From Octopus sinensis (lineage: Eukaryota), in contig NC_043002.1 in the NCBI RefSeq assembly GCF_006345805.1, forward strand, positions 45,384,001 through 45,448,000: a DNA stretch of 64,000 nt, written 5' to 3'. The translations under genes were made by a program, and so were the position numbers. The notes beneath the pieces were generated by a model, which did not search any database, had not been told where the DNA came from, and saw nothing but the letters and a program-made list of their open reading frames with translations. Positions 13,104 through 22,448 of this stretch are shown in pieces (position 1 is the first letter of the stretch; every line of letters starts with the position of its first letter).

Positions 13104-13360
13104 GGGCATATGGTGTAGTGGTTAAGAGCACAGGCTACTAACCCCAAGATTCTGAGTTCGATTCTGAATAATAATAACATCGAAAAATACCTTAAGAATG
13201 AGAACCCAGGTTCAAAATTTCCCCCAAGACACCTGATAAAGGCTGGAGGGTATATCAGCTGAAACGTTGTGCTAACAACAAACAAGATGAGGACAAATAG
13301 CCATCAATTGTAAATAATGTAAATCATGTACATAATTCCTCATCTCTTAAATACAGAACT
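13104..13360 (+). mobile_element. Putative Penelope-type terminal repeat with tRNA-like A/B boxes and a degenerate minimal hammerhead motif
   Basis: A-box TGGTGTAGTGG (13111), B-box GAGTTCGATTC (13154); GACAC-CTGATAA-A-GGCTG...CAGCT-GAAAC-GTT-GTG at 13228-13272. Confidence 0.65.
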
Positions 13361-13599
13361 GCAAAATTAAAAGGATTCTGCTGTGCCATATCACCTCAAC
13401 AACTATGTAGATTAGATTGTTAGTGTGACTTTAACCATTTTGATAATTATCCATACTTAATTTAAATTAAAATCTTAAAAGAAAGCTTGAAAAATTACGA
13501 ACTGTTATTCACTGTTAATTAAAAATTACTGCAACTAGCATAATCCTGAGCCAAAATTTTCCATCATGGTTTTCAGTGCTATTCCAAACATAAGTTTAA

Positions 13600-15242
13600 T
13601 CTATATCTATAAAATTTACTGCCTGTGTGTGTGGGTGTGTCTCCTCTATGCATGGCCAAACTGCTGGATCAATCTGTACCAAATTTGGCATGAAGGGTTT
13701 TCTTTACTCGGGGAAGATTCCAGGCGGGGGGGGGGGTCAAATTTTGGCCCTTGCCCATATAGGAGGCTGTAGTTCCCCCTATACGACCTGATTTTTTTTT
13801 TCAGCAATATAATACCAAATTTAGCATGAAGATTTTTCATTTCTCAGGGAAGGTTCTTGGGGTGTCAAGTTTCGACTCTTGCCCATATAAGGGGCTGTAG
13901 ACCACCATCCCCTATATGACAACACTGATTTTTTTTTCAGCAATATTGTTTCACTTTTAACTTCCCTTTTTTTTTCAGCAGTATAATATTGTTTCACTTT
14001 TATTCTTTCACTTTTGATAAGACTATAATATTGTTTATACTACATGCTACATACAACTGCTTACAAAATTAGAGATTAATGTATAACTTTTTTCTATGTT
14101 CATAATTTTTTGTTTACAACATTGAAAGATGCCACCAAAGAAAAGATGTAACCTCTCCAGAAACAACTATAAAGCAAGAAGGATTGTAGAAAACTGAAGC
14201 TGAGAGTCTCAAGACAGAAAGGAGATGAGACTCTCACAAGATCAGCAAATGCATGCTGCAGCACATCAAGTGCAGTCTCAAAAGAGAAGGGAGACGAGAC
14301 TTTCCCCAAGATCAGGAAGTACGTGCTGCAGCACATCAAATGGAGTCTCAAGACAGAAGGGAGATGAGACTTTCTCAAGATCAGCAAAAGCATGCTGCAA
14401 CATATTAGATGAAGTCTCAATACAGAAAGGAGATGAGACTTTCCCAAAAATCAGGAAATGTTAGATGGAGTCTCAATAGAGAAGGGAAATGAGAGTTTCC
14501 CAAGATCAGCAAAGGCATGCTGCAGCATGTCAAATGGAGTCTGAAGACAAGCAAGATGACACTTTCTCAAGATCAGCAAACGCATGCTGTAATATATCAG
14601 GTGTAGTTTCAATACAGATGAGAGATGAGACTTTCCCAAAACTTCCAAATGAAACTAATGGCATGCGCTGCTCAGGCAGTAAGGTAAGATTGCCAGCACT
14701 ACCAGCTCCTCCTCAACCTCTTATAGATCTTCTGGAAGGCCCTTCCATCGAGTCAAAGGATTTTCTGAACAATATCAGACAACTCTGCATTTCAAATGAC
14801 ATCATTTGGTGCATTTAAGGGGATAGTTGAACATGGATTTATGCCAATGCTCAAAGTTCAAAGGCAAGTCTATCAACTACACTTCCTCCAAATTTACTTT
14901 GTGAGTGATGTAGGACAACAAACCCAAAGGAAGTGTTAAAACTTCAGACAATGGGTCTTGTTAGATGCAGCACTGACTGCCACAAAGGAGAGTATATCTA
15001 CTGACAGCTTTTCAGTGCATTCAAAATTTACATACAAACCACCCCCACCCCCAATTTCCATGACAGGTTAGGGTCTGGAATACTCCAAACACAGACATGG
15101 CGTGTAGCTTAGCCCATCATTTATTCCACAAATGTTTTGTCATCAATGCTACACTTACCTGTACCACCTGTTTCAACATAATTGTAATACATATACAAAC
15201 TATGCCATTTTAATCCCGAGCAATGCCAGGTATCTCTGCTAG
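13600..15242 (+). mobile_element. Internally deleted Helitron with degenerate N-terminal Rep coding sequence
   Basis: 5' A|TCTATATCTATAAAA; 3' CGAGCAATGCCAGGTATCTCTGCTAG. Translation CSGSKVRLPALPAPPQPLIDLLEG...FLNNIRQ/NSAFQMTSFGA...FMPMLKVQRQVYQ matches the Helitron Rep N-terminal region. Confidence 0.85.
14206..14645 (+). repeat. About 6.5 copies of a 69-bp (23-codon) tandem repeat inside the Helitron
   Basis: GTCTC anchors at 14206, 14275, 14345, 14414, 14470, 14539 and about 14606; consensus peptide about ESQDRRDERLSQDQQRHAAAHQV. Confidence 0.9.
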
Positions 15243-16592
15243 CATACCAATAAATATGAAAATCATATATTTTCAAAATGGCAGATTTGAAAAGAGTCAA
15301 TATTTTCCCTATTTCCAAATAATCTGGCCCAAAATTTCTTTTGCTATGTTTCTAGTTTGACTATCAAGGTTCCTTTCAATTACATTACCAACTTCTCTAA
15401 CAGACAATACTTAACACTTGAGTTTATGAGGCTGCTTTTAAATCAGTCACCCAAAACACTCAACCCATAAAAAAAAGTAAATAATAAAACACAAAAAACT
15501 TCCTATAAAAGAAAAGTATTTTGTTCTTTCTTGAATGTTGAAAATGTTTAAATTAGCTCCTATTCCAGAAACCAGTATATCCATGACAAAAAGACAATGA
15601 AAGAATAAGGTTTAATCCTTTAGCGTTTAAACTGGCCATATCCAGCCCAAATATTCTACCTGTCTTATGTTCAAACTAGCCAGATTTGGCTTCTCACACC
15701 TACCCTCAATCACACCATAAAAATCCCAAAGTTATGATATTATGCATGATTAATTCAAAACAATGTGAATGCATAAGCATTGCATTTGGCAGAGATTATT
15801 CTGAATACTAAAGGGTTAAGTTAACATTAGGCTTTAGTATGTATGCAGGTGAGAAGGCACATAGCTTAGTGGTTAGGGTGTTGGACTCATGATCATAAGA
15901 TTGTGGTTTTGACTCCTGAATTGAGTGATGCGTTGTGTTCTTGAGCAAAATACTTCATTTCACATTGCTCCAGTCCACTCAGCTGGCAAACATGAGTAAT
16001 CCTGCAACGGATTGACATCTTGTCCAGGGAGGAATATATACGCCTGAGAAACCAGAAACTGGCACTGTGCTCCTTATGGAGTAATGTGGACTAACTTACA
16101 GGTGCCGGTATCGTCATTGTGTGGTTAAGAAATTTGCTTTGGAGCTACATGGTTTCAAGTTCAATCCCACTACACAGCACTTAGGGCAAGTATCTTCAGC
16201 TATTTTCCCAAGCTGACAAACACCTTTTGAATGAATTTGGTAGACAGAAACTGCATATAAACCAGTCATGTGTATGTGGCCTAATAGTTAAGGAGTTGCA
16301 CCCACAATCTTGCAATCGTGGTTTCAATTCCCCAACCAGCAGTGCATTGAGTTCTTAACCAAAATGCTTGCTCCACATTGCTCCATTCCACTCAACTGTA
16401 TTTGGGTAACTCTGCAACATGTTGGAGTTCCAGTCAGGGGAAATGTTGGCCTGCCTACCTCGCCAAAAGAGTAGCATCATTTGCAAATGACAGCAATGTG
16501 TATTTTTGCATTATGACCAGTGGCATATAACAACATCCAATGGTCTGATTGATACAGTGGTGTGTCTGTGTGTGCATAAATATATAAATATC

Positions 16593-18082
16593 ATCAAAAT
16601 AAGCAACAAGGATATCCAGAGGTAATGCAGTACAATCGTTTCATGCGACTCCAGTTAATTGAACAATGCAAATATTACATCAGTTTTAAAATGTAGAGCA
16701 ATCTTCAGCTGCATAAAAATAAAGAATTTAGTTAAATTCAATGGATTTATTTGTATAGTTATTCTATTAACCAAAATCACAAAGAGGATAAGTAGATAGA
16801 CAAAGAACAAGTTTCATCAGCAATATCAGTAGTAACTGATATTTTTCACAGGAAGACACTGCTTATCATTGACTTTACTTTGTTATTTAGATTTATTACT
16901 GGGGTGGGGGTTAATTTTATAGACTAGTTTATTAAGTCTAATGGAAACTAGAATCTATCTTTTATGGATAGAGTAAAAAAGACAGTTTAAGTGGCAGAGC
17001 CATAAATCAAGATCCCTTTGAAGTAGAAACCATTTGGGTTCAGTAAGAATATATTTCAGTCAAAATTTGCAGGCTAAAGCTGATAGGGTAGGGAGAGTAA
17101 AACTTATAATACTTAACTATTTGACAGCCATAACCCCAATGATAATTTGAAATAATTAGGTACATTTTAGAGAGTTTTTTTCACAAAAAAAATCAGAATA
17201 ATTTCAGTATTTTACACAATATAGGGATGGAGAATATAGAAATAATTTCATATTTATATAAGTTTCTATACCAACCCAATATATATTTGTAGTTAATTAG
17301 TAAACAGTAATTTATTGGTATTAATGAGTTAAATTAAAAGAATATGTTAAAAATTTCATATATTTTCTATATGCTAATAACCTTAGAATATATTTCTTGT
17401 ATTATAAAATAGATAGTGAAATATATCAGTATGGTTATGTATAGGTTGAGTGTGAACTCTATAGAAATGTACTATCAATGAAATGATACAGCAGGTAAAT
17501 AAGTAAGAAAAAATGGTTTAAAATTAAAGTAAAGGAATTCAAATGAGTATATTGAAAAATAAATATAAATTATTGTAGAATATTATAGATAAGGGGTAGA
17601 ATAGATTTGTGTTCTAAAAACTTATTATAAAAATACCTAGCTTATTTATATCAATAGGTGAGGTAAGTTGTTATAAGAAATTCTCTTATCATTTTATAAT
17701 TTTTAGACTAAAATTTATATTTACTTATCATGGGAATTATCATAAATGACTAGTGTTTAATACTGTTGATGAAACTTGTTCTTTGTCTATCTACTTATCC
17801 TCTTTGTGATTTTGGTTAATAGAATAACTATACAAATGAATCCTTTGAATTTAACTAAATTCTATATTTTTATGCAGCTGAAGATTGCTCTACATTTTAA
17901 AACTGATGTAATATTTGCATTGTTCAATTAAATGGAGTCACATAAAACAATTGTACTGCATTACCTCTGGATATCGTTGTTGCTTATTTTGATTGTAATC
18001 ACCCCATTTTGAATTATATGGATAATACCAAACCAAATTCTGGTACCTTTAATTTAAGTACCATATTCAACTGAATCTAAAT
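16593..18082. mobile_element. Fold-back element (about 230-bp inverted arms, about 945-bp AT-rich spacer, about 90-bp one-sided extension); Penelope-like pseudo-LTR type inferred
   Basis: 16593-16820 is the reverse complement of 17766-17993; arms carry hammerhead-core motifs; related shorter fold-back at 44862-45153. Confidence 0.75.
16625..16714 (-). ncRNA. Candidate minimal type-I hammerhead ribozyme
   Basis: ATGCAG-CTGAAGA-T-TGC...GCA-T-GAAAC-GATT-GTA-CTGCAT: 6-bp stem I, intact CUGANGA and GAAA core, 2-bp stem III with a tetraloop, GUA cleavage triplet; helix II region long (about 60 nt). Confidence 0.6.
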
Positions 18083-18090
18083 TTTACTGA

Positions 18091-18179
<89 letters not shown>

Positions 18180-20415
18180 AACAAGGTCTATTAAGATATA
18201 GGGAATATCAAAGTGAAACACACCACATTAATGGCTATATGGTAAAAAACACAAATCAACCAGTAAACAATCCAGACAGTTCATTGGTATTTGGTAATTA
18301 AAGTTGAAAAGAACTACAGTATGGTGTAAAATTAACAATTAAAACAAACGGATGACACACTATTGTTACAACCATTTCATTAACAGCTCTTATTGCAGTG
18401 TAACATCCTGTAGGTAGGTATGTATGAAGTCCAACATCTAGGAAATACTGTAAAACAACAGAGAACCTCTCAACTCATCAGGCTGCACTGTGTTGCATCA
18501 GAGTGAATACTGACTCGCCACTGGATAGCGTAGTTCAACAGCATTACATCGGGCTAGCTGTCTAACAGCACATTGATATTCACTCTTCATGCAAACCAGC
18601 CTGTACAATGTTACAATGCAATAAATTTCCTTAATGAAACTATTGAAGCGATACTGTATAATCCATTGTTTTTATTGTTTTATATATATGTAAAGAAGTG
18701 CCAATCCAAAGTTGAGGAGGGAACCTGTGGAAGATGTGGGATTAGGTGGTGAAATAAGATCGTCAGTTATTAAGTCTCATGGAGGTGATGACAAGTGACC
18801 AAGACTTCTGGCAATTTGCTGTGTTTGAGAAGACATGTCAAGCTAAGTGAAATCATGGTCGTGGTCAGAGTTATTGACATGTAAAAGGCACCTTTGCTAA
18901 TGACACGTAAAAGGCACCTGTGCCAGGAACACGTAACAGACACCCAGTACACTCTGTAAGGTGGTTGTAATTAGGAAGGACATCCAGCTGTAGAAACCAA
19001 ACCAAAATAGAAGACTGAAGCCTGGTGCAGTTTTCCGGCCTATCAGTTCCAGTCAAACCATCTAGCCCATGCCAGCATGGGAAACAGGCAAGTACACGGT
19101 TTCCATCTATGTATCATTATCATTTAACATGTTTTCCATGCTGGCATGGGTTGGACAGTTTGACAGAAGCTGAGAAGTGAGAAGACTGCATAAAGCTCTA
19201 GTGTCTGTTTTGACCTGGTTTTACAGCATGGGCTGGCTGGATGCCTTTTACATAACACCAGCAGCAGTGAGTCACCAAATAATTTTCAAGACAAGACCCT
19301 TTAACTGAGGGAAGGAGTAATATTTGTATGTATATGTGTGTGTGTGTGTGTAGGTATATATGTGTGTGTATGTGTCTTTGTGTTTGTCGTCCCAGTGCCT
19401 GCCTGACACCAGTATTGGTTTGTTTACATCCCTGTAAGTTAACAGTTTGGCAAAGGAGAACAACAGAAAAAGTTAGTACTAGAGTCAATATGATTGAACC
19501 TACAAAGCAATGTTCCAATATATCTGCAGTCCAATGACCAAAATAAGTAAAAGGGTAAAAAAGACTATTAATGTCGCTAACACAGGCGGGAGGGGTGAAA
19601 ACCTAACATGACATAGTTATGCAGTTAAAAAAAATAATCAACATTAGTCAATGACTAAATGTCATTTAATTTTTCATCAAATATGGGACACAACTGTAAG
19701 CAGGTTTCTGCATTATTATGACCTCATCAACAAGTCATAGCCTTCATTGTACTTGCTAAAAAAACTGTACAAGATTGTATATTGGTTAGTATAGGAAAAG
19801 AAGAGTTCACTAAATGTGATTATGGTGAATATAAACTGTTAGACAGCCTATTATAATACTGATCATATAGAGAGAATCCTGCAAAGGTAGAATAAATTAT
19901 ATCTCAGTGGTGTTCTGATACTGGTGGTAAAGGAAAAAGCTTGAGCATTTCTGATATGTTAAGTAAGTCTATCTGAAACACTCAATAGATCATATGATTT
20001 TCAGATCTTGAAACACTATCATATATTTGCAACATTTTTTTAAAATGTCTTATGTTTGGACAGGTTTTTGCTGTCATAGAAGCATAAATAATCATTTTTA
20101 AATATTCTATAACTTTCCTGTACCACCAACATGTTTATTACTTATGCAGGTATCCAAAACGCTAATTAATCAAGTCATTGTGCTAGTTTTTATCTGTGAG
20201 TTAATTTTTCAATCTTTTTAATTAAATTTTTTTTTATTTTCATTTGACATGAAAAACCAACTCATCATCTAGCTTTGACTCATTAAATGTGAAATTAAAT
20301 GTCATGATTATTCCACTAATGACATTAGATATCCATCAACAAAATAGAATTGGTCTTGTCTGCAAATCCCAGTATCTCAATAAACTTGACATACCTCAAT
20401 GAAAACTAATTTTAA

Positions 20416-20636
20416 CCCTTTCATTACCAACCCGGCCAAAACCAGCTCTAGCTCTGAGTACAAATGTCTTGTTTTCATAAGTTTTGAATTAAAATCTTCC
20501 ACCAAACCTTAGTCACAATTTATGTTCCTATCACTAGCTTAATGATAACTATTTTATTTTACTAAATTCTTTGTTATATTTAAAAGTAATTGAAAGTAAC
20601 ACTGAGCATCTCAAAATAAATACAGTAACGAAAGGG
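20416..20636. mobile_element. Second TTAA-flanked MITE family
   Basis: TTAA|CCCTTTCATTAC...GTAACGAAAGGG|TTAA; related copy at about 50075-50260. Confidence 0.8.
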
Positions 20637-21452
20637 TTAAACAGGATTCCTCAACAAAAAGACAGACTGGTATATAAAACTGCTTTCCACAGTTAAGGGT
20701 GATGAAATTTCAAGTGGATATATCTGATTTCTGCAGTGAAGGGGTTAAGAAGCATATATTTGAAAATCAAACAATTAATATATTTTTATCAAACTTCACC
20801 ATAAAAACTCGTTAACCCTTTATCATTCAGATTACTGTCAAATGTAATGCTAATTGACTCATACTGTTTTGAATTAATCATGCAATATTTCGTGGCTTCG
20901 AGATTTTGATGACATGATTGTTTATTTTTAGAATGAAATTCTTGAGTAGGTGTGAAAGGTTACATCTAGCTGGTTTGAACATAAAACAAGAATATTTGGG
21001 CCAGGTATGGCTTGTTTAAATATTAAAGGGTTAATATTTGCTCATTCAGTCAACCACTGACATTTTCACTAACTTCTAGAATGGACAATCAAACTCAATG
21101 AATATCAATGCTGTCAAAGTTTCCACCAAACCAACAAGGGCAAAATACAATTCCTTGTCAAAAAGATATCCATCAATCTTACATTTGTCAAAATATACAT
21201 AAATTCTTACTGAGGGTTTTGTTATTTTTATAGTTACTAAGTTCAACTAGAATTCCTTTGAGCTCCCAATATCTGGTCTAAATTCAAAGTTTTATTCTTT
21301 ATGAAAAATTTTCAAAGTGAAAATACTTTATAAAGTGATTTAAATTACACAATTTCATTTCAACTAACAGCAGATTTTATCTTAAAAATTGATTTTGGAA
21401 ACAGTCTATCACTCTCAAAATACCTCAGAAATCAGACAAAAATATTACCTAC

Positions 21453-21519
21453 CAACGAAGCAAAGATCAACATTGTCTACCATAAAGTCAACAGTATAAA
21501 CTTCCATGGGACGAATATC
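21453..21519 (-). CDS. CPSF1: CPSF1 exon (67 nt): DIRPMEVYTVDFMVDNVDLCFV
   Basis: Acceptor TTCCGTCAG, donor GTAGGT; matches DAKPLEVYSVDFMVDN. Confidence 0.95.
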
Positions 21520-22060
21520 CTGACGGAAAATTAAAAGAAAAAAAAAATGAAGGTCAATAAAAGGAATAAATGGTTAATTTAAATTGATGACAATTACAAT
21601 AACAATGGTGATGTTTAATAACACTGCTGAGAGGACAAAAAAAAATAACAGTGATGAAGCCATTGATTGTGACAGCAACAATAACAAGTGCAATAAGGCT
21701 GCCATCCATATTGTAAGCACACAGCCAACCACTGCATGTCAAAGAGCAATGTGCTTCGAAATCAGACAAAAGCAATTCATATTAATCCTTTTGGTTCCAA
21801 CCTCTCCAAGATCACCTCAGGTTCTATGATACAAACTTCCTGTTTTAAAGTAATCTAAATTAAAACCTTCCTTCAAAATTCCATGTTAATTTATGTTCTC
21901 AACACCAACTAAAATAATGACAAACTTATTTTACCAAATTCTTCATAATTGTCTAAATTAGCTGAAACAAAGGAAGGGTATCGTGAAATATATTTGCCAC
22001 TTAAATGTGGCTAACCCCTAAGGGTGGATACTACAGTAGCATCCACCCTTATGGGTTACT

Positions 22061-22448
22061 GTTGCTGCTGTTGCTGTTGAGTGAATGGTCCCAGAGCTCA
22101 CAAGATGGGAGAAGATGGGAGAAGTCTGAAATGTGGTCCTTTGCTATTCGTAAGACCCGCAGAAGAGAAAGCGGGTCAACCCCCGACACCGAGAGCATCA
22201 ACGGATGGATGAATGCGCATCCAGGCTCCAAGGTTGCGTAGGAAGTCGGGGACAAGAAACAGGAAGAAAGAGTGAGAGAAAGTTGGGGTGAAAGAGTACA
22301 ACAGGGGTTGCCACCACCCCCTGCCAGAGCTTCGTGGAGCTTTAGGTGTTTTCGCTCAATAAACACACACAACGCCCGGTCTGGGAATCGAAACCGCGAT
22401 CCTCCGACCGCGAGTCCGCTGCCCTAACCACTGGGCCATTGCGCCTTC
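22061..22448 (-). mobile_element. Full-length tRNA(Arg)-like SINE, CpG-rich, with (CAA/CAG)n tail and about 11-bp TSD
   Basis: Head GGCGCAATGGCCCAGTGGTTAGGGCAGCGGACTCGCGG...GGTTTCGATTCCC; flanks CTTATGGGTTA / CTTAGGGGTTA. Relatives at 32765-33143, 34060-34350, 29405-29710 and 27290-27500. Confidence 0.8.

Noticed and set aside
14206-14645. Regularly spaced repeats (also the about 60-bp units at 4850-5050, 24120-24410 and 52520-52830) resembling a CRISPR array
   Set aside because: They are contiguous tandem units with no unique spacers, in a eukaryotic intron; explained by Helitron coding repeats and RTE 3' UTR repeats.
16822-17765. AT-rich spacer that superficially resembles mitochondrial DNA (NUMT)
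   Set aside because: I found no frame under the invertebrate mitochondrial code with recognisable motifs. A BLASTN/TBLASTX against cephalopod mitogenomes would settle it.
18350-18490. Another CTGATGAG...GAAAT on the minus strand
   Set aside because: No NUH followed by a strand complementary to helix I could be placed; not a supportable hammerhead.
22370-22448. tRNA-Arg-like sequence (also 32765, 34060, 9255, 13104) as functional tRNA genes
   Set aside because: Acceptor and anticodon stems do not pair properly and each continues into a repeat body, so these are SINE or element heads.
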